Origin: a bacterium
Lineage (GTDB): Bacteria; SZUA-182; DTGQ01; JAFGSM01
Direction of reading: 5' to 3'
Assembly (NCBI GenBank): GCA_049472335.1
Contig: JBLIRO010000001.1
Coordinates: forward strand, 12,225-76,224
Length of the DNA stretch: 64,000 nucleotides
Under the pieces are notes generated by a model. That model did no database searches, was not told the DNA's origin, and saw only the letters and a program-made list of their open reading frames with translations. Made by a program: the position numbers and the translations under genes. This document shows positions 55,521 through 64,000 of the stretch, piece after piece; within the stretch, counting starts at the first letter, position 1, and every line of letters starts with the position of its first letter.

Positions 55521-58262
55521 ATGCTTGTTTCTCTTATCAAAAAACAGAAAAAATCTTTTATCCCGGAGGTCATTCAAAGCTCGGCCATGGATTGCGGTCC
55601 GGCTTCGCTCAAGGCCCTTCTGGAAGGATTCGGCATCCCGGTAAGTTATGGGCGGCTCCGCGAAGCATGTCAGACCAGTGTGGATGGAACGTCCATTGAC
55701 ACACTGGAGGAAGTTTCCAATCAGCTCGGCCTTGAAGCAGAGGAGATCATGCTCCCCCCGGATCACTTCTTTCTCCCGGAAGCGAAGGCCCTGCCCGCTA
55801 TAGTCGTGGTCCGGCTCCCAAGCGGTGTGACCCATTTTGTAGTGGTCTGGGAACGCCATGGCCCTTTTGTACAGGTCATGGACCCGGGCAGCGGAAGACG
55901 CTGGGTCACCTATAAACAGTTCATGAAGGAGGTTTATATCCACCGCATGCCCGTTTCTGCCTCTCTTTGGAGGGAATGGGCAGGATCTGAGGCCTTTCTC
56001 TCTCCCTTCAAAAGGCGCCTGACTCAGCTTGGGATTTCTCAAAGGGAGCAAAAGGAGCTCATTCATCATTCCCTTTCAGACCCTGGCTGGTATCATCTTG
56101 GTGTCCTGGATGCCGCCACCCGAATGGTGGATGCCCTCATGAAAGCCGGTGGACTGCAAAGAGGTCGGGAAGCGGCAAAGGTGCTTCAAACATTTGTCCC
56201 GGAATCCCTTTCAAAGGGTCCTTTTCAGGAATCTCCCATCCCTCCCGTTTACTGGTCCATCCAGCCCATGCCTTCAGCCAGTGACGGGGAGGAGGAACAA
56301 CTGATCCTCAAGGGAATGGTCCTTGTAAGGGTATCAGGCCGCCGTTCGATCCCCTCTGATCAAAAGAAGCAGGATTTTACAGAAAAGGCTCCCCTCCCCC
56401 TGGAGCTTGAGGCAGCCCTTAAAGAACCTCCGGTCAAGCCGGGAAGGGAAATCTTAAGATTCCTCCGGGCCGATGGCATCCTGACTCCCTTAGCCCTGGG
56501 TTTTGCCTTTATTCTTGTATCCTTTGGCTTTATTCTGGAGGCCATATTATTGCGGAGCCTTTTTGAGATCGGAAGGGACCTGAACCTGATAGAACAAAGA
56601 TTAGGCGCAATGGGGGCCCTTATCATCTTTTCCCTTGCCCTGCTGTTGTTAGAGCTCCCTATTGGCTCATGCATCTTAAAACTGGGGCGGCATCTGGAAT
56701 CCCGGCTCAGGATAGCGTTTTTGCAAAAGCTCCCCCGGCTTCAGGACCGCTATTTCCAGAGCCGGCTCAATTCGGACATGGCGGAACGATCTCACAGTGT
56801 TAACAAGATAAGGCTTTTACCCGGATTGGGCAGCCGGTTTGTACGCTCTATAATAGAGTTCTTCATCACTGCCGCGGCCATTGTGTGGCTCTTTCCGGAA
56901 AGTCTTTTAATAGTCCTGGCAGGCGTTTTCCTCACCATCATTATACCGCTTGCCAGCCTGTCATTCCTCACGGAAAGGGACCTTCGGGTACGAAGCCATC
57001 TGGGGGCCTTAAGCCGTTTTTACCTGGATACACTTCTGGGGCTTGTCCCCACGAGGGCACATAGCGCTCAAAAACCTATATGCAGGGAACATGAAAGCAT
57101 GCTCGTGGAATGGAGCAGGGCAAGCCTTCGTAATGTGATCGCTGTACTGACTGTGGAGGCAGTTCAGGACCTGATCGGGTTCGGTATCGCCTTCTGGCTG
57201 CTCCTGCACTATTATAAACGGGGAGGGCCTGAAAGCGGCGTACTTCTCCTGGTTTACTGGGGTCTACATCTATCCGCGCTGGGCCAGGAAATTATAAAAA
57301 CAGCCCGCCAGTATCCTACCCATCGCAATATCGCCCTGCGTCTCATGGAGCCTTTAGGGGCTCCTGAAGAAAACTCCTCCCGGGGAGGGGATTTGTCCCA
57401 AACGAAGGACTCATCTCCTTCAAAAAACAATCTTTCTCATGGGATCTCCATATCCATGGAAGGGGTGGGTATAAAGATCTCCGGTCACAACATATTAGAA
57501 GGCGTGGACCTTGCCATTCCGCCCGGTGCCCATTTCGCAATCATCGGACCATCCGGAGCTGGAAAATCAAGCCTGGTCGGCCTTCTCCTGGACTGGTACC
57601 GTCCGTCCGCGGGAAAGATCCTGATCAATGGAAGGCCTCTTACACCTGAAGTATTGGAAAATATGCGCAAGTCCACCGCCTGGATCGATCCGGCTATACA
57701 GCTTTGGAACCGCTCCCTTATAAAGAACATTTACTACGGCATCGATCCTGAATCAGCCTCTCCTGCCGGAATGGTCATGGAAGAGGCCCAGCTTATGGAA
57801 CTTCTGGAGAAATTACCTCAAGGCCTGGGAACAATCCTGGGAGAAGGCGGAGCACTGGTTTCCGGAGGGGAAGGCCAAAGGGTGCGCCTGGCACGGGCCA
57901 TGGCAAAGGGCGATGTCCGTCTTGTAATCCTGGATGAGCCATTTCGGGGGCTCGACCATCAAAAAAGGGATGAGCTTCTCAATAAGGCCCGCTGCCTCTG
58001 GAAGGATGCCACCCTGATCTGCATTACGCACGATATCAGCGCCACAAAGAGCTTTGACAGGGTCATTGTCATAGAGCATGGGAAGATTGTCGAGCAGGGG
58101 GCCCCGAAAGACCTCGCGGAAAAGGCGGATTCCTTTTACCGGAAATATCTGGATTTTGAAAAAGCGGTCACAGAAGAGATTTGGCGTAAATCATTGTGGA
58201 GGAGGATCTCCATCAAAAAGGGAAGGATTATAGAGGAGGGAGTCCCTGATGGAAAGGTTTGA
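55521..58262 (+). CDS. Peptidase-C39-domain ABC transporter (bacteriocin/peptide processing-export, permease + ATPase)
   Basis: The C39 catalytic Cys (SAMDCGPASL) and His (THFVVVW) are present, followed by six TM helices. The ATPase carries Walker A GPSGAGKSS, signature LSGGEGQR and Walker B LVILDE. Confidence 0.85.
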   Translation: MLVSLIKKQKKSFIPEVIQSSAMDCGPASLKALLEGFGIPVSYGRLREACQTSVDGTSIDTLEEVSNQLGLEAEEIMLPPDHFFLPEAKALPAIVVVRLPSGVTHFVVVWERHGPFVQVMDPGSGRRWVTYKQFMKEVYIHRMPVSASLWREWAGSEAFLSPFKRRLTQLGISQREQKELIHHSLSDPGWYHLGVLDAATRMVDALMKAGGLQRGREAAKVLQTFVPESLSKGPFQESPIPPVYWSIQPMPSASDGEEEQLILKGMVLVRVSGRRSIPSDQKKQDFTEKAPLPLELEAALKEPPVKPGREILRFLRADGILTPLALGFAFILVSFGFILEAILLRSLFEIGRDLNLIEQRLGAMGALIIFSLALLLLELPIGSCILKLGRHLESRLRIAFLQKLPRLQDRYFQSRLNSDMAERSHSVNKIRLLPGLGSRFVRSIIEFFITAAAIVWLFPESLLIVLAGVFLTIIIPLASLSFLTERDLRVRSHLGALSRFYLDTLLGLVPTRAHSAQKPICREHESMLVEWSRASLRNVIAVLTVEAVQDLIGFGIAFWLLLHYYKRGGPESGVLLLVYWGLHLSALGQEIIKTARQYPTHRNIALRLMEPLGAPEENSSRGGDLSQTKDSSPSKNNLSHGISISMEGVGIKISGHNILEGVDLAIPPGAHFAIIGPSGAGKSSLVGLLLDWYRPSAGKILINGRPLTPEVLENMRKSTAWIDPAIQLWNRSLIKNIYYGIDPESASPAGMVMEEAQLMELLEKLPQGLGTILGEGGALVSGGEGQRVRLARAMAKGDVRLVILDEPFRGLDHQKRDELLNKARCLWKDATLICITHDISATKSFDRVIVIEHGKIVEQGAPKDLAEKADSFYRKYLDFEKAVTEEIWRKSLWRRISIKKGRIIEEGVPDGKV

Positions 58263-60369
58263 TATCCTCTACTGGCCTGTCTCCAGACTGGGAGAGGCAC
58301 TAAAGCTTATGGGTGAAATAAGCGGCCTTTCTCCGAAGCCTGAGGAAATCCCTTTGGCCCCTAAAGGGACTAGTGAGAACGAGGACTCCATCTCGGAATG
58401 GATCGAAGCCCTGGCGCAATGGATAGGCATTGAAGCCGAGCCGATGGAGGTCAGCTACGGGGATGTGGAAACATTTATCCTGCGGTCGGCCCCGGCCCTC
58501 ATCCGTCTGCCGGGGGATGGCTCTCCATCCTTTTTTGCACTTCTTGGACAGAAAAAGAAAAAGGCCCTTGTTTTAGGAAAAGACGGGGGCATTCACCCCA
58601 TGGAGGTATCTCACATTGCAAAGATGCTTTGCGGGCCCATGGAGGAAATGCTGGGGCCGCAGATCGAAGATCTGTTAAACAGGGCAGAGATCCCGGAAAA
58701 AAAGAGGGCCGGAATCAAACAGGAGCTTCTTTCCACCCATCTTTCACCTGTTTTGTTAAAGGGATTCTGGCTGCTCCGCCTTGCACCATACCGGGGCTTT
58801 TTTAAGACCCTGTTCCAGGCAAAGGTGATCTTCCCTTTTTTTACCTTTCTCCTTGTCCACACCTTCCAATATCTCTTATGGATACTCTCCTGGTGGGTTA
58901 TAGGAAAAGGGGCGCTTGAGGGCCACCTGCATCTGGAATGGATCATGGGATGGGGGCTTCTCCTTTTGAGCCTTGTTCCCTTAAAGGCCCTTGTGACATG
59001 GGCCGAAGGGCGCCTGGCCATAGGAGTGGGCGGGGTGTTTAAACAGAGGTTACTCTATGGCGCCATGCGTATAGAACCGGATGACATCCGGCACCTTGGA
59101 TCAGGTGCCCTCCTGGGGCGTGTTTTCGAATCAGAAGCCCTGGAATCCCTGGCCCTGAGCGGGGGATTTACAGCGATCCTCGCCCTGGTGGAGCTTATCA
59201 TCTCTCTCGCTGTCCTCATGATAGGTGCAGCCGCGTGGCTTCATACACTGTTTTTTATCCTATGGATGGCCATATTTTCGGTTATACTTTTAAAGTACTT
59301 GAAAGCCCATAAGCTCTGGGTAGAAGGCCGTATCCGGATGACGAACGACCTGGTGGAAAAGATGGCAGGGCATCGGACAAGGCTCACCCAGGAAGCAAAA
59401 GAGCGTTGGCATCAGGGAGAGGATGAAGCCTTGGAGGAGTATCTAAAACAATCAAAGAGGTTAGACCGGTCTTCCCTCCTGATCATGTCCCTTATCTCAA
59501 GGGGATGGATGGTCCTGGGCCTGACCGGACTTGCCCCTGCCTTTGTCCGGGGCGTTTCTCCCGCCTATCTGGCGATCAGCCTGGGAGGAGTGCTGCTGGT
59601 ATATAAGGCACTTAAAAGCCTCTCTGTCAGCCTTGTGCAGCTCATCGGGGCATTCGTAGCATGGAAATACGTATCTCCCTTTTTATATGCAGCCGGCAAA
59701 CCCGAAGAGACAGGGGTCCCCACGTGGACAAAAGCCCGGGAAGACCTTTCGGAAAAGGACCCCCTTCTGGTATCAAGGCACCTGTTTTTTCATTACCCTA
59801 ACCGAAGGGATCCCGTCATTCAGGATAGTGACCTTTCCATCTATTGGGGTGACAAGATACTGCTTGAAGGCCCCTCCGGATGCGGGAAGTCCACCTTGAG
59901 CGCCATCTTATCCAACCTGCGCGATCCCAAGGGAGGCATAATTCTCCTGCACGGACTGGACCGGAACATCCTGGGAAGGAAAAACTGGCACAAATCCGTG
60001 TGCGTTGCACCTCAATTTCATGAAAACCATGTGTTTACAGAAACCTTTGCCTTCAATCTGCTGATGGGGCATCGATGGCCTCCCCGGCCGGAAGATATGC
60101 AGGAGGCAGAAACCATCTGCCATGAGCTCGGACTCAGCGAGGTCCTTTTAAGGATGCCAGCGGGACTGCTCCAGATGGTTGGAGATACCGGATGGCAGCT
60201 CTCCCATGGGGAAAAAAGCCGCCTTTACATGGCAAGGGCCCTTCTCCAAAAGGCGGACCTTATCATCCTGGATGAAACCTTTGCCGCTCTGGACCCCCAG
60301 ACCCTTGAACAATGTCTGCAATGTGTGCTTCGCCGGGCCAAAACCCTTCTGGTGATCACCCATCGTTAA
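58249..60369 (+). CDS. Second ABC transporter (permease + ATPase) with a degenerate, Cys-less N-terminal C39-like domain
   Basis: Carries Walker A GPSGCGKST, signature LSHGEKSR and Walker B LIILDE. It is translationally coupled to the upstream ABC gene and has a strong RBS AGAGGAGGG. Confidence 0.8.
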   Translation: MERFDILYWPVSRLGEALKLMGEISGLSPKPEEIPLAPKGTSENEDSISEWIEALAQWIGIEAEPMEVSYGDVETFILRSAPALIRLPGDGSPSFFALLGQKKKKALVLGKDGGIHPMEVSHIAKMLCGPMEEMLGPQIEDLLNRAEIPEKKRAGIKQELLSTHLSPVLLKGFWLLRLAPYRGFFKTLFQAKVIFPFFTFLLVHTFQYLLWILSWWVIGKGALEGHLHLEWIMGWGLLLLSLVPLKALVTWAEGRLAIGVGGVFKQRLLYGAMRIEPDDIRHLGSGALLGRVFESEALESLALSGGFTAILALVELIISLAVLMIGAAAWLHTLFFILWMAIFSVILLKYLKAHKLWVEGRIRMTNDLVEKMAGHRTRLTQEAKERWHQGEDEALEEYLKQSKRLDRSSLLIMSLISRGWMVLGLTGLAPAFVRGVSPAYLAISLGGVLLVYKALKSLSVSLVQLIGAFVAWKYVSPFLYAAGKPEETGVPTWTKAREDLSEKDPLLVSRHLFFHYPNRRDPVIQDSDLSIYWGDKILLEGPSGCGKSTLSAILSNLRDPKGGIILLHGLDRNILGRKNWHKSVCVAPQFHENHVFTETFAFNLLMGHRWPPRPEDMQEAETICHELGLSEVLLRMPAGLLQMVGDTGWQLSHGEKSRLYMARALLQKADLIILDETFAALDPQTLEQCLQCVLRRAKTLLVITHR

Positions 60370-60504
60370 CCAAAAAATGACCATAAGGATTTACTAAAAA
60401 ATCCTTCTTGACAAAAGGCATCTTCCAGGGATGAAAGTCATCGGTACCAAAATTTCAATCCTAAAGCACCCATTTCATATTCTGTTTTAATACGCATTTT
60501 GTAA

Positions 60505-60714
60505 TCAGCCATAAAGGGGAATTCCTTTTTGTTGAATGAGTTGGATAAATTTAGAAGTTTCTGAAAGATCAACTATGTCAAGAGGTTTTGCCAGTGCAAA
60601 TAAAAGATCACCATTAAATTTATAAAAATCCTTTGGACTTATTCCTTCAATAGCCAAATCAATATCTGTGCTTTCTTTGGCAGGCAATAGACAAGAGCTA
60701 AAAAAGCAATACAC
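60505..60714 (-). pseudogene. Truncated nucleotidyltransferase-domain (MntA-like) fragment
   Basis: The segment ...STDIDLAIEGISPKDFYKFNGDLLFALAKPLDIVDL... is a nucleotidyltransferase C-terminal part. The GS motif is missing and an in-frame stop lies immediately upstream. Confidence 0.3.
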
Positions 60715-60953
60715 GTTTTATATATATTTTCTGGATATGTCTTCTATTATTTTTTTTCTGCCTCAGTAATCAAGGGGAAATTGGGCATGAATTATTTTGA
60801 TAATGAGAAATTAGTGCGACAACTTTGACGTTACCGTGGTTACCGGGTTGAGATCTTGACAAAAATTAAAAATTATGCATATATTTTATATTTTGGAAAG
60901 TAAATTTATATTTATTATCAATATCAATAAATACAATAAAAAAGGAGAATATA

Positions 60954-62393
60954 ATGGCTATGCAAAGGATTCGGGAATATAGCGTTTCCCCCCTTATTAC
61001 TGGCGTCTGGATTCTCGTTTCTATTGGTTTGATAAGAATGTGGCCTTTAAAGACAGTGGAAGCTAAAACTATTCGGCCCAATATTATGATCATCTTTGAC
61101 ACCTCAGGAAGTATGCAGTGGGATGTAAATGGATTAACACTAGACATACCAGATTCACAAGGGCGAAAATATGGCTCCCATGAAGACAGCCGTCTTTCCA
61201 TCACAAAAAGCGTTATTACTGATGTGCTTAATGAGACCAGAACCCTTGCGAACTTCGGTCTTATGACGTTTCTTCAGACCCATTATAACTTAACATCATC
61301 ATCAAATGGATATTTCCCATACTATAAGGCATATAACGGATCTACGGTCACAAAAACCATGTACTTCTCGAAGGAGGTTTTAAACATAAATCAATATACA
61401 GTTGATGGCGTATCCGATCAAAAGGCAAGCAGTGGCAGTCCATGCTATAAGCCGGTCAATTCCTTTGAGTATAATGGGATCAATTATACACTTAGGGCTG
61501 TCAATAACAGCAAGTATCAGAGAGATGTGGGAGACTCGGGGAAAAAAGAGGTGGATCACGACTACTGCTCTCCCTGTGGTAATAAGTGCATGTTTGCCGA
61601 CCCTGATGATGGAATTACCTACAAATGGCTATATCAGGGTAGTTACTACGAATATGAAGAGATGCCGGTCGCAAGTTATACAATTTATCATTTCAAAAAA
61701 TACTATGGCCGGCAGTTCAAGGCATTGGGCACAGAAGACCTAAATGGAGGCTGTAATCTTCCGGTAGATCCCGATGATGTATTTGTATATTATAGCGGAG
61801 TAAACAATATCGACTTTTTATATCCCAATACTGCGCCCTGGGCGTGGCCCATTTATCCGGTTGGAGCAACATACGCAGATGACACAAACCGGGGCGGGGT
61901 TGTGCTTGTACCCTTTTCATTTTCCAGCGACCAGGATGATCAGGAAATGAAAGTCAATGATATCCTTCAGTGGATGGGGCCTCAGACTGCAGGGGGATTG
62001 ATCGCAACCGGATATACACCGACCGGTTCCACTCTCAGCAACGACACAACAGCAAAAGGCTACTATAATGATTTTAAGGAATACTTTCTTGCAGAGGTCA
62101 ATCCGAATGATCCCATTGAGAATAGAATGAACTGTATCCTTTTTATTACCGATGGAGAACCCACCCCTTTATCCGAGGGAAATATGGCAATCACTAATGC
62201 AATGCATCTCTATCAGGATTATGAAATAAGAGTCTATATGGTGGGATTTGGATCAGATGCTGCAGGGAGTGCTACGATAGATGACATTGCGGAAGCCGGA
62301 GGATGCCCCCTAAAACCGGATGGACATTATGCTTACTATGCAAATAATGCTGAGGAACTGAGAGCATCTCTTAGAGATATTATCAATCAATAA
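60954..62393 (+). CDS. von Willebrand factor A (VWA) domain protein with a large insertion in the domain (PilY1-N-terminal-like)
   Basis: The MIDAS motif IIFDTSGSM is separated from ...CILFITDGEPT by about 300 aa. An N-terminal TM/signal sequence is present, with an RBS AAAGGAGA. Confidence 0.55.
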   Translation: MAMQRIREYSVSPLITGVWILVSIGLIRMWPLKTVEAKTIRPNIMIIFDTSGSMQWDVNGLTLDIPDSQGRKYGSHEDSRLSITKSVITDVLNETRTLANFGLMTFLQTHYNLTSSSNGYFPYYKAYNGSTVTKTMYFSKEVLNINQYTVDGVSDQKASSGSPCYKPVNSFEYNGINYTLRAVNNSKYQRDVGDSGKKEVDHDYCSPCGNKCMFADPDDGITYKWLYQGSYYEYEEMPVASYTIYHFKKYYGRQFKALGTEDLNGGCNLPVDPDDVFVYYSGVNNIDFLYPNTAPWAWPIYPVGATYADDTNRGGVVLVPFSFSSDQDDQEMKVNDILQWMGPQTAGGLIATGYTPTGSTLSNDTTAKGYYNDFKEYFLAEVNPNDPIENRMNCILFITDGEPTPLSEGNMAITNAMHLYQDYEIRVYMVGFGSDAAGSATIDDIAEAGGCPLKPDGHYAYYANNAEELRASLRDIINQ

Positions 62394-62520
62394 GGCATTA
62401 GAAGGTGAACCCTTGTAAGGGTGATTTCCAAGTAGCCTGATACAGTTTCTTTTATTTGATAAGAGTTTCAAACAAACGGTCCGCCGGCCACATCGGAAGA
62501 GCCCATTTCAATATTGATTA

Positions 62521-62965
62521 ATAAGATTGGAAATACATATTTCCCTTTTTATATGCAGCCGGCTAGTCCGAAGAGACAGGTGTTCCTGTATGGACGAAAG
62601 ACCGGGAAACCTTTGCCTTCAACCTGCTGATGGGACACCGATGGCCACCCCGGCCGGAAGATATGCAGGAGGCCGAAACCATCTGCCATGAGCTCGGACT
62701 CAGTGAGGTCCTTTTAAGGATGCCCGCTGGACTGTTACAGATGGTGGGAGATACCGGGTGGCAGCTCTCCCATGGGGAAAAAAGCCGCCTTTATATGGCA
62801 AGGGCGCTTCTTCAAAGGGCGGACCTTATCATCCTGGATGAAACCTTTGCAGCACTTGCCCCCCAGACCCTCGAACAATGCCGGCAATGTGTCTTAGCCG
62901 GGCCAAAACCCTTCTGGTTATCAACCACCGTTAATTAAAACCATAACCATAAGGATTTACCCACA
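62521..62965 (+). pseudogene. Decayed partial duplicate of the 3' end of the ABC gene at 58249-60369
   Basis: Nucleotide identity to 59664-60395 is high but interrupted by an internal ~287-bp deletion at an AACCTTTG microhomology and a 1-bp frameshift near the end. The identity extends 25 nt past the stop codon. Confidence 0.75.
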
Positions 62966-63306
62966 GGTGCCTTGGGGATACATTGAGCCAGGGCCTGAGA
63001 ATTTGGATATCATTCAGTTCGGCACCCGCCGGATCCCGTATTTCCTTCATCGAGCTGTCTGCAAACCTACCCGGAAAAATTTAAGGATAGAAGAATTAAT
63101 AGTAAGAAATATCCGATAGCATAAAGAAAAAGTAAAATTTTAAATGTTTATTTTTAAGTCTGACTTCTGAGTTTCAGAATACATTCAGAATATCTTTTTG
63201 TTTAATAAAAATTAGAGCCTGACAAATTATAAATTCTTTAACTAAAAAGGAATGTCCTTAACCATTAAATATATGGGCTAATTACTTTAAATCTTAAAAA
63301 ATTTTT

Positions 63307-64000
63307 AATGAAAAAAATTCGCCTTTTTACAATATTCTTTTTTATACTCTTACTGTTCGGAATCATTTTTAGCAATACATTTGCAGATCAAAGCATTCCT
63401 GAAATTATTGGAAGGATTAATGATTTTGCGGACATGCTCACTTCTTATGAGGAAATTCAACTGGAAAGTTTACTGGAAGAATATGAAAAGACCACATCCA
63501 ATCAAATAGTTGTGGTAACCATCGATACATTACGGGGTAATGTTTTAGAAAATTACTCCATGCGTCTAGCTGAGAAATGGAAGATTGGTCAAAAGGGGAA
63601 AAATAATGGTGTAATTTTATTAATTGTTAAGCAAGAGAAAAAGCTTCGTATAGAGGTAGGTTATGGTTTAGAAGGTGCTTTGCCGGATGGACTCTGTGGA
63701 TCTATTATACGAGAAAAGATAGCCCCCTTTTTTAAAGGGGGCTATTATCTTCAGGGAATAAAAAATGGGCTTAATGCAATTATAAAGGCAACAAAAGATG
63801 AATATATATCTCAAAAAACTATAAATGATATTACGGACACTTTTATCACATGGCTAATTATTCTGTCCATCTTATCCGGTTTTTTTGTTTTATGGATGGC
63901 TGCGGGGATTTTTAAAAGTCTGCACTTTATTTTTATATCTCTGTTTAAAAACAAAGAAAAAAAACCAAAATTTTTATTATTTCCTAATGTTATACTTCCT
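63307..64000 (+). CDS. TPM-domain (TLP18.3/Psb32/YgcG-like) protein, truncated by the window end
   Basis: Signal/TM helix followed by …INDFADMLTSYEEIQLESLLEEYEKTTSNQIVVVTIDTL…GVILLIVKQEKKLRIEVGYGLEG…, which matches the TPM-domain consensus. Not in the ORF track because no stop codon falls within the window. Confidence 0.65.

Noticed and set aside
60380-60504. 23-aa minus-strand ORF (MADYKMRIKTEYEMGALGLKFWYR) adjacent to the nucleotidyltransferase fragment as a possible HepT remnant
   Set aside because: It is too short and carries no Rx4HxY motif, so it cannot be assigned.

Overview
This is a 64 kb window from a fairly AT-rich bacterial genome. Its gene content (tungsten-type aldehyde:ferredoxin oxidoreductase, a roughly 33-heme c-type cytochrome, sulfur-handling and TreY/TreZ genes) suggests an anaerobe. 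The window mixes housekeeping-type operons with strongly accessory content.

Housekeeping-type content:
- ferredoxin plus aldehyde:ferredoxin oxidoreductase, CorA, and TreZ–GH57–TreY trehalose genes;
- a persulfide dioxygenase–rhodanese fusion;
- an M48/TPR envelope-protein operon.

Accessory content:
- five or six toxin–antitoxin-like pairs or remnants (AbiEii-like, VapBC, MntA/HepT, DUF3368/UPF0175, DUF4258/YgiT, and a nucleotidyltransferase fragment);
- several disrupted genes (MgtA P-type ATPase, AI-2E transporter, DUF4143 ATPase, a LamG-domain protein, and a partial ABC-gene copy);
- three giant secreted proteins: a 1509-aa multiheme cytochrome c with about 33 CxxCH motifs, a 2134-aa alpha-2-macroglobulin-like protein without a thioester motif, and a 2390-aa protein with teneurin-like architecture ending in an RHS core plus a C-terminal toxin-like domain.

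The most unusual locus lies at 53.4–60.4 kb. Two tiny paralogous ORFs of 19 and 28 aa have strong Shine–Dalgarno sites, a conserved MKTKTxIKAG N-terminus, and differences that are almost all synonymous. They sit between the teneurin-like gene and a divergently transcribed peptide-export cassette: a HlyD adaptor fused to a DUF192/UPF0127 domain, a C39-peptidase ABC transporter, and a second ABC transporter (an NHLM-bacteriocin-type triad). No classical long precursor gene is present. Downstream, a VWA-domain gene is flanked by a decayed direct duplication of the ABC gene's 3' end.

All calls are from reading the sequence and the supplied ORF track. No database searches were run.
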